A stretch of 62,843 bases of DNA, the filler included, from Collodictyon triciliatum (taxonomy: Eukaryota), in NCBI GenBank assembly GCA_043381765.1. It is 6 parts of 6 records of this genome, joined end to end, with 100 filler letters (N's around TTAATTAATTAA, not from the genome) between each part and the next. Parts side by side here need not be neighbours in the genome. Positions count along the whole stretch, not along the records: positions 34,039 to 45,269 come from JBHJMP010002453.1; positions 45,370 to 56,593 come from JBHJMP010002454.1; positions 56,694 to 62,843 come from JBHJMP010002523.1; 3 more parts are not named here. The stretch is one strand, 5' to 3'. This document shows positions 43,331 through 56,824 of this stretch, piece by piece. The notes below the pieces were generated by a model, which did no database searches, had not been told where the DNA came from, and saw nothing but the letters and a program-made list of their open reading frames with translations. Position numbers and translations under genes: made by a program. The first letter of the stretch is position 1. Every line of letters starts with the position of its first letter.

Positions 43331-44522
43331 TTTTCCCAAGATTTTTTTTTCACACCTTGAAACAGAAAAAATGGCCTTGTGGTCTCTGTGGCTCCTACCC
43401 ACTTTAGGCCGACCGTGGTGCACTAATATGCCCGCACATATACTATTTTTCAAAAAAACTTAGAGTCGAACCAGCCTGTATATAAACAGATGAAGTGAAG
43501 GAAATCATCCACCACTCCAACACGCAAGAACTTTCGAGTGCGATCGGGACTTGGCGTGAGGCCGACCGTGGGCCCGGGGGATACCGGCGCACTGGAGAGG
43601 ATCCTTGGCAAGCCTATCGGATAACGTAGGCGGGTGTCAATAGGGCAGGCGCCCCGGCCTTTTCTCTTCCTTGGCGAACAGCCGGGCCATAGGGGTTCGT
43701 CCCTGGCTGGACGCAGCTGTGTCGGCCAAGCCTTTTGCTTGTTGCTTCCCGCCCGCCCTCCCTGCCCAGTTTTCGTGGTGGGGGAGAGTTGTTTGTGCCC
43801 ATAGTCCAGCGCAAGAGTGGCTCTTATGTCACGCTACACTCTCCCAGGGATATGAAAGGCCTTTCTTTCCTTTTCCTTTTCCTTTTCCTTTTCCTTTTCC
43901 TTTTCCTTTTCCTTTTCCTTTTCCTTTTCCTTTTCCTTTTCTTTTTTTCTTTTTCTTTTTCTTGTCTGCTAGTTCCCTCTTTTCTGAAAGTACCCACCTG
44001 GGCGGCCAGTTTCTTTCAGGATCAACCTAGGCCTGTCTCTCGATCACTTGTTGCCAAGCCTGCGTAGTTTGTCTTGAGCCTCGCAGCTCTGCCCATAGCG
44101 GCCGCCTGTTCTCGTTCTCCTTCTCTCCCTCCCTTCCTTCCTATTCCCCCCTCTGAACGCAGCCGATCCTATTCTCTCCCACCAAACTCTCAGCCATAGG
44201 CGATTTTTCCGCCTAACCTGTACCCCTGCTACTTTTCCCTTCCCCTTTCCCTTTCCCTTTCCCTTTCCCTTTTCCTATTTCAAGACTGGGCACCTATCGA
44301 TCACAACCCTGCCACTTTTCACACACCCTACTCTCCTCGTGAGATAATTCCTATGTGCAGGCTTTTCTCTCCTTCTTTCGAAACCAAGCCCCTCCTTCGG
44401 AATTCTCAGAGTTGCTTACTCACTGGAAGGCGACCACTGCTAGCTTTGTCATAACTCAAAACTTACCTGCGTTTTCTTTCCCCGTCTTTTTCTTTGTTAC
44501 CCTCTTCTCTTGCAGCCAACCG

Positions 44523-45269
44523 ATGAACAAGACTCGGCGTAGCGTGCTTGCCTTTGGGCTTGTAGCCATGGTCGCTTTTGTCTGCGTCCAGTTCGCCTCT
44601 GCCGATGCCAACGAAGGCCCAGCCCACACCCAAAACATGTTTGGAGACGTGCCCGAAGGCCCTGGGCAGACACAGATCATCTTCAAAGACGCTGCCAAGC
44701 GCAACCACCACAGAGACAACCATCAGGACTACGAAGACGACGACCACTCACCCAGTCGCTCCGAGTCTGAGTCCGAATCCGAGTCCGAGTCTGCTTCCCA
44801 GCCCCTCGAGACCCCTAGCCCCTCAGACCCGGCCCCAGCAACCCCAACAAGAAAACCTGCGAAGCCTACCGAGTCGGACAAGCCAGCGGGGCCAACTGAG
44901 TCAGACAAGCCAGTAGAGCCAACTGAGTCGGACGAGCCAGAGGAGCCCACAGCGACAAACCAGCCTGGACAGCAAACTGCGACAAACCAGCCTGGACAGC
45001 AAACCGCAACAAACCGGCCCGGACAGCAAACCGCAACAAACCGGCCCGGACAACCAACCAGGACACAGAAACCAGCAACCCAGTCCAACAGCCCATATCT
45101 GCCCTCCGACGGACGCAACACGCCGTCGGCCACAGTCTCGCAGGACCCGCAGAACATCCGCCGCGATGCCGTCTCGATCCTCGTGGGCGTGGGCATCCAC
45201 ACCTCGGCCTACGGCAGCGTCAACATCACGTGCGCACGCAGCGGCTGCACCGACGGCGAGGCGGAGGTC
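44523..45269 (+). CDS. Secreted or surface Pro/Thr/Ser-rich (mucin-like) protein, 3' truncated
   Basis: Signal peptide MNKTRRSVLAFGLVAMVAFVCVQFASA, (SE)n, PTESD(K/E)P x3, TATN(Q/R)PGQ x4, then the start of a folded domain at the contig end. Confidence 0.85.
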
Positions 45270-45369
45270 NNNNNNNNNNNNNNNNNNNNNNNNNNNNNNN
45301 NNNNNNNNNNNNNTTAATTAATTAANNNNNNNNNNNNNNNNNNNNNNNNNNNNNNNNNNNNNNNNNNNN
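45270..45369. other. Artificial contig linker
   Basis: N44-TTAATTAATTAA-N44. Confidence 0.99.
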
Positions 45370-45522
<153 letters not shown>

Positions 45523-45562
45523 TAATAATAATAATAATAATAATGCAGCTTGGATACAAGCG

Positions 45563-47293
45563 ATGAAGTTTCGTCCGTGCATCGACCTGCACGCTGGGAA
45601 AGTGAAGCAGATTGTTGGCTCCTCCTTGTCCGACAACCCTGGGAGCGCCACACTCCAAACTAACTTTGAGACAGAGAAGTCTGCAGCCGAGTTTGCTGCG
45701 CTCTACAGGGTATTTTTATTTTCCTCTTTTTTTATATATTTTATTTGTTTAGATGATTCGAGTTGTCGTTACCTTTTATTTCTCTTCAATATACCCCATT
45801 CGATTGCGCATGTGTTGGATGCGAAAAGCAAAATAAATAATTTTTCCTATGCTTCTTGGCTTGGGCGGAAAGTAAACAGTGAGTATTAAACCACGAAATT
45901 GTAAAATTTTATCGGCAGAAACATAATCTACTGGGAGGACATGTCATAATGCTGGGGCCGGGAAATGATGAGCAAGTACCCCACCAATACGCGCCACATG
46001 AGCCATGATTCTAAACATTTCTGTCCAGTTTCCCCCAAGCAAATATCCAGACTTGCTAATATTTGATACATTTCGTACATTTTATCATGATTTGTGTGAA
46101 ATATATATATTAAAGATATATCTCACATTTGTATTACAGTTGACTCAAACATGCTAATTTGTCATATATTCCTATACTTATTTTCGTATTCGCCTCTTTC
46201 TCTCTTTCTTTTTTTAATATAAAAGGCTTTACTCGCGTTGAGAGAATATCCTGGTGGTCTACAGATTGGTGGCGGAATCAATTCGGATAATGCAGCTTCA
46301 TATTTACAAGCTGGTGCTAGTCATGTGATTGTGACATCGTATGTTTTCAGAAATGGGAATATTGATTTCGAGAGATTGGAGAGCTTGGTTTCCAAAGTCT
46401 CAAAAAATAAGCTAGTTTTGGATTTGAGGTATTAAACCCCTGATTAGAGTAATCTTGAGAAAATGATCAAGAACACCAAATAAGGCCGATGTACCCAAGT
46501 TGGCACTTTATTTTTTTTATTACATTTTTGAGTTGTACAGTCGATTGCTTTATTAATCCATTCCAATCAATTCATCATTGGTTCTTTTCACTGACGTTGG
46601 GACCTATTATAGTTGTCGTTCGAGAGATGGTGTGTATTATGTGGTCACAGATAGATGGCAAACGTTCACAGACTTTGAAGTCAGCGAAGTTTGTGCCCGC
46701 TCCTCTCTTTCTCCGATTTGATATTACACGCTGACCTTCACGTTTTTAGACAGTTTCAATCAATTTTTGAAAGTAGATCTAATTTTAGGAAAATCTTAAG
46801 AAATTGGCTGGATACTGTGATGAGTTCCTTGTCCATGGGGTAGATGTGGAGGGAATGAGGTGTGGAATTATGGAAGACCTTGTGGAAAAGGTACAGTTTA
46901 TTCTCGTCATTATCCTCGCCTTTTAAACGCGATTTGCATAGTAAGACATTTAGGGTTCATGATAAAATTTTAAACTCAAGAATTTTATTATCTTGCGTGA
47001 CACATTTTTCTTTCTTTCAAAAAATCGTGATTTATATCACGACACATAAAATAGTAATTAAAAAATCAGAAATCAAACAACCTTTTATCTAGCTTGGAAA
47101 ATGGAGTCCCATCCCAGTGACCTATGCTGGAGGTGCAAGATCTCTGGGCGATTTGGATCTGGTGGAGCGCCTTGGCCAAGGTCGTGTCGATTTGACGATT
47201 GGGAGTGCCTTGGACATTTTCGGGGGTGCCGAACTCGCCCTGGAAGAGGTCGTCGCATGGCACCTCAAGAGGAATCCCGTCTCTATTCATTAG
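45563..47293 (+). CDS. HIS6: ProFAR isomerase, eukaryotic HisA (histidine biosynthesis)
   Basis: Six exons: [96 protein letters not shown]. Confidence 0.97.
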
Positions 47294-47839
47294 TAAAATT
47301 TTGGACTCTTTTTTTCTTATTTTGCAGTCGATATGCATACCATAAACTCGATGGCGAGTGAAGTTGCGCTACTAGCGTTTCGTTTCGGGCCGCTCGTCAG
47401 GAAAACCAGACAACGAGCCATCGAAAGCTCAAATCTATGTGTTTTGAACATTACACACTCGTCCCTCGATTCTAATTCCAGAATTAGATAGTAACGACCA
47501 GCGGTTTTTTTTTGTGTGATCATGTCTGATCGTCTTTGATCACAGCACGAAGCGAAGGATTTTTTCTCTGGGAAATAACCGTTCAGGATATGGTCGAAGA
47601 GTACTCGAAGGCAGAGAAGACGTGACCAAGGATTTGAGCGAAACTGCAAAGTGTCGTGTGCAGGCTACAAACAGATCACCCAAGGAAACGATTCATAGTT
47701 GCCCGTTGTGTGGTATGTGTGATTGCTTGTTGTACTTTTCCTAGGCCAAGCGAAGCAGAAGAGAGGAAGGACAAAAGAAAGGAAGCTACAAAGAAAAGAA
47801 CAGAGTATCGCAAGAAAAACAAAAAACAACCGAGGAAAA

Positions 47840-49753
47840 ATGGCCGATAAAAGTGGGGCGAAAGAGCAGTTCATCTCTTCGGCAACAAGCGAATCTGCCT
47901 TCCTTGATCTTGTTAAGTTCAAGGGCCTTGCAGGTGCTCGTCAGCTTCTCATCATTCCTTCTATGCATATCTACGACTTTGACTTTAACTTTGACTTTGA
48001 CTTTGAACTCAAAAAATTGTGTAGTTGTGGACGTGTACTCGAATTGGTGCGGCCCATGCAAGGCAATTGTTCCGACCTTCAAAAAACTTTCCTTCGACTA
48101 CAGCGAACGGCCTGTTCGATTCCTCACGGTAAATCAAGACTATTTTGTGATTTTCTTTTTTCCGCGCATGTTGCTGGTGTTATTTTACGTCGAAGAGTTG
48201 TTTACGGAAATCAATGCTGTAACGTCGAAAGAGATAAAAATTGAATTAATTGGTGTGTGTATGTATGTATGTATGTATGTATGTATGTATGTATGTATGT
48301 ATGTATGTATGTATGTATGTATGTATGTATGTATGTATGTATGTATGTATGTATGTATGATGTTTGTGATTCTTTATTTCCTCATACATTTCTCTTGTTA
48401 TTCCGAGTACCTCTTGTTTCTTGATGTAAAATCCCTACAATTTTTTCCTTTTTCAGGCAGAAGCAGATAGTATTCCTTGTTTGTCCCAGCACGCCAAAAA
48501 GTCTCAGCCAGTAATTCAAGTTTATAAAGTAAACAATCATTCAACTATTTAGGGATGTATCTGAAAATGTGATTAGAATACGCACTGCCAAACAAAATGG
48601 ATTATGCTTACCCGTCTATTCTTGCAAAGAACTACTTATTCTCTTTTCTTTTTCTTTTAGAACGTCAACAGGTTCTTTGGCTTTATAATTATTTTTCTAT
48701 TTGGCAATTTCGCTTGTAGGACGGCGACCTCGTGGAAACCATTCAGGGAGTCAACGCACCTCGCCTTCTTACAGTTGTTGCTCAGAATCTTCCAGACGGA
48801 GATTCAAAAGATGATGTTATTGAAGAGGTATATATAGAATAAAGGTTTATCACACGAGTATATTTTAGGTCCTAAAATCATCTACCTAATTAATATGGTA
48901 ACATATTAACTACACAGCAAAATGAGCAAGAGAAGAAGGACTTGGCGGAAGAGGAGGCATTGTTTACATCAAAGCCTTTGGGTGATGGTATGTCTTTGAC
49001 TTCCTTTTTTTTTTTCCCCCCTTTTTTTTGTCTAGTAATGTATACTTCGTGAGTGAATTATCACTTGCTGTTATTTGAAATTCAAATAACATAATATTTC
49101 CTTGAAGTGAAGAAAAGGGAGAAAATCTCATTCTTATTGAGCTAATCAAGAAATCACTACTATCATTTTAATACAACTTCATAAATTGCACCCTCAGAGC
49201 AATCTAACGAGGTTGAGTGTAAGTCATTCATGTAGCTTAACATACCCAATGAAGTAAGATAAAAACAGTCGATGAATGAAACGAATTATTAAAAGTTTCC
49301 TTTTTCTTCTTCTTAATTTACCATATCTTATCATTTGTGACCATAGTTCTTCCCCAAGACAAGATGGTTGTCACTGCAAGTATGGTTCCAACAAGAAACG
49401 AGCCTGCCAACGAACATGGTTCTGTAGGACATTTGGATTCCCAAACACAAGGTTTAACTTATTATCCCATACAACAAGTCCTCTCGTTAATACTCATCCC
49501 AGTTCCGAATGTGAATATGTAATACGTCAATAATAAATAACTTTCAACGATGCCGAACAGAGGAAGGGAATGGAAAGGTTTGACTATGTATCGATTGAAC
49601 ATTTATTCCCACAGAAAATTGCCAATATTTTTATTTTAAAAACAAAAAATGCAGGATGATGAAGGGTCAGAAGGAAACGAAGGGCAGACTGACGGCGAAG
49701 AAAACGCAGGCCCCGTTTCCCCAGGGAGAGATGAGCCTCGTCCATCCACCTAA
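47840..49753 (+). CDS. Thioredoxin-domain protein of NME8/NME9 (outer-arm dynein thioredoxin) type with acidic tail; 3' exons uncertain
   Basis: [26 protein letters not shown]...FLTAEADSIPCL...QPVIQVYKDGDLVETIQGVNAPRL resembles the TRX_NDPK subfamily; no NDPK domain seen. Confidence 0.8.
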
Positions 49754-50371
49754 TTGGGTCTCACAGGGGAACGATAGCTATTGGTTCATTCTGTTTGTTT
49801 TATTTCAAACGCTGCGGCACTCCCCATGGACACAGGACGGCTCAATAAAATCTTATTTTTTTGGATACGCATCACTTTCTTGATAAATATGTATATATCT
49901 GTATGTCTGTCTTTTGTTTTGTTTCTGTTGTTACGTCATATTTTGTTTTGATTGGTTTATTTGGTTTATGCACCTGCTTGTGTGCCTGGATACAGCTAAC
50001 CCAGTCTCTTTTTTGTGCGCAATGGTAATATCGTGTACTCAACCCCTTACCAACACTTTCAACCCAACTCCATTCGCAGCGACTGAATTATGTAGAGTAA
50101 ATTGCTCCCTTTTTCTTTTTTCTTTTTTTCTCCCTCCCAGCTTTCTCTCTCGTTTTCTATTATCTTTCTTTCACACACTAATGAATCAGCGATCAGTGTT
50201 CACCAACTCCTTGTGTTTGATCCATCCTTGCCTCGGTTGTCCTCTATCAGAAGGGTGAAGCTTGCCATGTTTGCCGGCTGTTGTCATCGAACTCAAAGTG
50301 TCAATATCGGCAGGAAGGTTGAGTCGATCGTAAGGGTGAAAGAAAAGCAACTTTGCAGGAGCTGCCTTGCA

Positions 50372-50691
50372 ATGATGGAATGTTGGAGACTGCCTCTCGC
50401 GAGACCTGTTATGGTCGCGTTATTGCACTCGGTTGTTTTTGCGCTGAGCTTTTTTTTCATGGCACAGAGTCCAGCAAGAGCCAACGCCCTTATACGCACA
50501 CCAAGGCAAGTCTTAGTTAACCAAATACGATCTATCGTACTTGTTCCATTCTGATCAATGATATACTTGCAGAACACTTATAGATGGGAGCTTGTTCCTT
50601 TTTTCTTTTTTTACCCCACGCTCTCGTCTTTCCTGACTTTCTCCCTTTCTTCCATCCCTCGATATCATCCATCTCCATTTTTGTCTATTGA

Positions 50692-50788
<97 letters not shown>

Positions 50789-53700
50789 TCTCTGCACAGC
50801 ATTGGACCAATTTATGATCAGAATCTAGAATCAGGACATTACTCGACGTGTCGCTACTCTCGCCATGAATTATTATCGATGGATAGATCAGAAGCTTTTG
50901 ATATTCTCTTAGGACTACATCAAGATATATGTGAGGTTAACCTAGGTGATGACATGCCACATGATAGCCCAGTTGTATGTCCATTTTCAGAATCGCACCA
51001 TGAAGCCACTAATTCAGATATCGAGGAATGGAATGACGGTCAAACAGAAAATAAAATCTCACAAATCATCCCAGAAGCAAAGAGCAGGCATACTGACCTT
51101 AAAAGTTATGAGGAAGTATCCACAAAATCTATGAATAAGCATCCAGAATCAATTGCATCACATCTGCCGAGTCTTTTTCCCATAGGAGGGGATAAAGACC
51201 AAAAAAATGATACACAAATGGAGGATTACTTATTCCCTTTTAATATAGATGGAAAGGCCTCTTTCATATCTGATATAGATGAAGGTTGCATAGAATCATT
51301 CAAGTACAATAATTTTACTTTCATGGGCACCACGTACAATAGCATGTTTGTCTGCGTCAATGGATTGGTTTCCTTTGATGGCTCGGACCCTGGTAGAATT
51401 CCAAAGATGATATTAATGCAAAAGCATCCCATCATTGCACCCTTTTGGGCAGATGCAAGTCTGAAAAGCGTCAAAGATGGATACAATCCTGGTAAAATAT
51501 ATTATGAAATTGTGCCAGCGTCGGCAGGATATATAGACCGATACAATATCCTCATCAAATCAATGGTTTCAGGAGAAGAAAATTTTGAAGCAACGCGCAT
51601 ATACCTTGTAACATGGCACCGGATAAGAGCTTGTTGTGGTTATGCAAATCAGCATAATACTTTCCAACTTGCTATCATTTCAGATGAAACAAGCTATTTC
51701 GCCCTTATTCACCATGTGCCTTTAGGGATCCAGTGGACGTCGCCGTCATATGCTACTCATAGTCCGATTGTGGGGATTGCATTTGGGAATGATGGACACA
51801 GCTTTAGTAATATTATATTCGATGGGCTACAAATGACGAAAGAAAAAGGAGCAGACTACATCCGCAACCATAGAACATTTTTATTTAAAATACACGTGAA
51901 TGACATTCCTGGTTATGTCGTCACTGAAGACATTAATGCAAAGGCCTCCAGGGCTTATGCAATTGCGGACCAAGTTGATGAGCTCATGAATTTTTTCAAT
52001 TCTACTCATGGCAATAATTGGCACAAATCCTTTAACTGGGGGACCAGTAGTCCTGTCTGTGGATGGTTTGGGATTGTTTGTTCATATACTTGCAGCTCGC
52101 TCGATTTTAAGAGGAACACATGTCCTGTCATCGCCATTACCCTTCAATCAAACAACCTAGTTGGAACGATGCCGGATTTGAATCTCCCCCAATTACAATA
52201 CTTATTCCTAAGCAATAACAAACTATATGGCAAGTTTTTTTTATAAAAGAAAGTGATATCTATTTCATGAGGTTGACTCCAGATAAGAAAACATATTATA
52301 TTCAAAATAAATATTGAATTCACAAATGGCTTTAGGTCAGCTACCGCAACTAGAGTTAACAGTCCTGCAAACAATAGCACTTAACGATAATCAATTTAAC
52401 GGTAGAGTTTTTTATTTTTATTTTGGTTTTTAATTTTGGTTTTTAATTTTGGTTTTTAATTTTGGTTTTTGGTTTTTGGTTTTTGGTTTTTGGTTTTTGG
52501 TTTTTGGTTTTTGGTTTTTGGTTTTTGGTTTTTGGTTTTTGGTTTTTGGTTTTTGGTTTTTACCTCGCCCATTTGAAGTTAAAATTAAGTAGAGCTATTC
52601 TTGCCCCATAGGAACGATTCCAAATTACCGGTTACCTTTTCTTCAGCAACTATATTTGGACAACAATCAACTTTCAGGTTTTTTGCATATAGTTTTAACT
52701 CTCTAGTATATCTAGCATCTCTATTATCCCTCTTCTCCCACTCGCCACCTCCCCTAGCAATATAATCGATTTAATTCTTCTAATTATTATTGTATTCTAT
52801 GTTGTAGGAGGACTTCCCGATTTGCAGCTTCCATTACTTCAGAAGTTGGTGTTATCAAACAATTTTTTAACTGGTATTGCATGTGTTTTAAAAAATTATG
52901 CATAAGAAGCTTTCTCAAATTTTCTGTTTTGAACAATATTCCTTTCACCAGTTCAAATCTTTATGCTTCTGCTTTATTCTACAGGAGCTCTTCCATCTGT
53001 AGATCTGCCATCACTGGCTTTTTTTCAAGTCAATAACAACTTTTTTACTAGTAAGAAGCCACATTTTAATATATTATTTTATAATCGCGTCATCAAAACG
53101 ATTTATAATTCATACTATGATTTCGAAAGCTAACGCTATGAATAATTCCTTTGGAATAGGTACGATGCCTTCATTCTTTACACCCTACATCCAAGTAATT
53201 CACCTGAAGAAAAATTATCTGAATGGTAACCATCATGTAGAATAAAGCTTTTTCACATATTCATATTTAGTCCAAATAGCATATCCCATTTTATTGTGTT
53301 CCCTTATAATTCTATATTCAGGCACTGTCCCTAGCATGGACTTATCAAATCTACAGGAACTTTGGGTCAACATGAATAAATTTGTTGGTATAGTTTGAAG
53401 TATTTGGAATAGGATATCACGCATCACCTACTTCACTTTAACTTCATCTTTTTTGGAACTCTAATTTTCGTGAATTCTCCAATATATGTGTCAATATACG
53501 AATTTAATAGGAGATGTGCCAAACTTCAATTTACCACAAATTCAAATATTGGACATGGATACCAACAAATTAGATGGTTTTTTTATATTAGATTAACCCT
53601 AAAACAATAATATACACGATGCACGCTTGTCATAAGCCTTTGATGACTTAGTATGTAATTTAGTTTTGAAATCTAGGGACCATATCCAACATAGAATTGC

Positions 53701-54057
53701 CCTCTCTTCGCTCACTGGGATTATATAAGAACCAATTAAAAGGTAAATCATGAAATATCGCTCTCTCTAATGAAGTGCTTGATATCATCTTTATTTCAAA
53801 ATAGGGTCAATACCTGGTTTGTCTGCGCCAAATATTGTCGATTTATGGCTGAATAACAACATGCTGGATGGTAACAAGAAAATCAAATATAACGAGAATT
53901 ACATCTTAATAAACTTGCATAGTATTTGTAAAAATTAAATACCAACATTACGGTATTATGGTATAAATAAAAGGACCAATACCAAATTTTGACTTACCCG
54001 AGCTGCAAAAGTTGATATTGAGCTATAACAATTTAAATGGTTAGTCCACTATGTTCG

Positions 54058-54156
<99 letters not shown>

Positions 54157-56394
54157 TCATATTTTCATATTTTCATATTTTCATATTTTCATATTTTCAT
54201 ATTTTCATATTTTCATATTTTCATATTTTCAAAATGTGAATGATCTCCCACGAAATCAAAGTCGTAGCTAATATGGACATTATACTTATTATATTAAGAA
54301 GTTAGATTAGAGAGATATACAAAAGGATTTGTATGTGCAGATGATTTTATTAAATTTGTCAAGAGGGATTGACAAAAAAAAAAAAATACGTTTTAAAAAC
54401 TAACGCATAGGAACAATACCTGACTTTAGTCTTCCTAACCTCCAGCAACTTTCGCTTGACAATAATAAATTGACTGGTATAATATATTCGTATTATTAAA
54501 AGAAATCAGAGAGGTAACCTTTCATAATTAATAGGAACTGTCCCCAACTTTCAATCCGTCCAAAATCTGATCATTCTGTTCATCGATAGAAATCGATTTT
54601 CAGGTGAGGTATTTCACCAACCTAGAGCCATCTAAGTCATTTATACTGGTGTTATGACATTTAGATATATATGAAAGCAACCATATAACCTAGTTGAAAC
54701 TGAAAGAGCTCAACCAACAAAAAAAAAAAAAATTGCATCATTAAAGTTAACCATTAGGCACCCTTCCAAATTTCGAAAAATGCAAGAATGTACTGATGAT
54801 ATCGGGATATGATAATAGTTTCACCTCATGTTTGCGATTTTAATAAGCACTATGCAATAATTAGTCGATATGCTGAAAATGTTAGATTAAACTATTAGTT
54901 TTATGTCACTTTTAATCAATTTTTTTTATAAAAAAATACAGTTTCCATGATGTCAAATCTATGGTATCTGCAAACTTTGTCCTTATCTCATAATAATATA
55001 ACTGGTCAGCATTTTTTCCCCTTAATTTGATTCCAATCCTGGTCGGCATTTATAGAACAGAAATGCGCACTAGATTTGTTTTTTATTTGTATTTTTTTTT
55101 AAAAAAAAAAAATCTGTAGAATTATTCTCAATACACATCCTTACGGGGTTTTAATTAAAAAATATACTCATGGTAGGAAACCTTCCTGATTTGGACAATT
55201 CGTTGCTTACTGACCTTGATTTGTCGCTTAATAATCTCAATGAACACCTTCCCTCATGGCAATTACTCAGTAATATAAAAAGACTAGATTTGTATGGAAA
55301 CCAAAATCTCCCTGGCGCTTTACCCAAAGGCATGAACAATTATAAGGACTTGGTGACACTCTCTATTCTCAGTACGCTAATGGAAATAGCAGATGTAAAG
55401 CCATCTTCTAGGTTACTTCCTAAGGTACTAGAGTTCTCTGATTCATTTCAAATTCAAGATTCTGATGACGATTTCCAATGTCCTGTCGTCTACAATCCTA
55501 ATGTAGACCATTCGATGATTGAATTTAACTCTACTTACTACAAGAATATCGCATGTAAATGTTTACCGGGATATTTTGGTTTCGGTAAAAATTGCATGAA
55601 ATGTCCTGATGGATGCGAGTGTGATGGAGATACATTAAAAAATTGTTTTTTCACTCCGATCAACATTTCATCGATTAAAGATATAATCGTATGTTCAAAT
55701 CCAGATGTATGTGAATTTTCCCTTCCATATGATTCTGAAGGGAGGATTCTCGTGTACAATAACGGGCTCAGAACTGAATGTCCCGATGGTTACGAAGGCC
55801 GAGGCTGTTCCAAATGTGAAGAAGGTTATTCATTGGATGGAAGTAGTTGCAACAAATGCGATTTACATTTTACAATCACAACAACTATATCCTTCTTAAT
55901 CATCTTTGTCGGAGGTTTTATTCTATCTCTTGCTGTTGACTGGTTTGATGTTTTGGAATCTACAAATGGATCAGGTTATTTTAAAATAACAGCTTTCTTT
56001 TTCAATTTAAGTAATTGTCGTAATTCCTCATTCTTTTCTTTGAATTTTTTGGGTAACCAAAATAAACTATATGGAAGATACATCAGAGTTTATATTTATA
56101 TATGAATATTAATTCACCAATTATTGAAAAAATATAGATGTACTTTCCATATTCCTGTTTCATTCCCAAGCCATCCAAATTGTGTCATCAGTATTTAAAG
56201 TGTCATTTTCTGTCCGGTTCATTCAGTCCATATCATCTCTTCTTTCTTTCCAACTTCCTGGGTTGGAATGCTTTATTGGTAACAAACCTGCTATCATAAA
56301 CGCACTGAATCTAATCCGGGTCCCTGGCATCATGTTTGGAGGGTTTCTCCTTTATTTATGGTTCAGAAAATACAGGCCAGAGAATAGGGACAAA
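50372..56394 (+). CDS. Large receptor-like protein: signal peptide, NIDO-like domain, LRR N-cap, LRR array, Cys-rich region, multi-TM domain (3' truncated)
   Basis: NIDO-like (FMGTTYNSMFVCVNGLVSF, IIAPFWAD, YLVTW, NTFQLAIISD, IQWT); cap NWGTSSPVCGWFGIVC; LxLxxNxLxGxxP repeats; CKCLPGYFG...CPDGYEGRGCSKCEEGY; hydrophobic helices to the contig end. Confidence 0.9.
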
Positions 56395-56490
56395 GTATTT
56401 TATTCATTAATATACCCTATTTTGAATTGTGAGTATGTGGAAGAATATTATTGTTATTAGTGTTTGTTTATTTTCCCTTATTCGAAATTA

Positions 56491-56591
<101 letters not shown>

Positions 56592-56593
56592 TT

Positions 56594-56693
56594 NNNNNNN
56601 NNNNNNNNNNNNNNNNNNNNNNNNNNNNNNNNNNNNNTTAATTAATTAANNNNNNNNNNNNNNNNNNNNNNNNNNNNNNNNNNNNNNNNNNNN
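56594..56693. other. Artificial contig linker
   Basis: N44-TTAATTAATTAA-N44. Confidence 0.99.
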
Positions 56694-56824
56694 TTTCTTT
56701 TCTTTCTTTTCTTTCTTTTCTTTCTTTTCTTTCTTTTCTTTCTTTTCTTTCTTTTCCTGTCCTCTAAATAAGAGCGTGCGACTCATCATTCGCTCTACCT
56801 TGTCGGAATGTATGTGCTGCATAG

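Noticed and set aside
43608-43635. CCTATCGGATAACGTAGG resembling part of a TPP riboswitch
   Set aside because: Lacks the CUGAGA motif and the P5 stem.
44866-45060. 27-nt tandem repeats that could look like an array
   Set aside because: Coding peptide repeats without unique spacers; not CRISPR-like.
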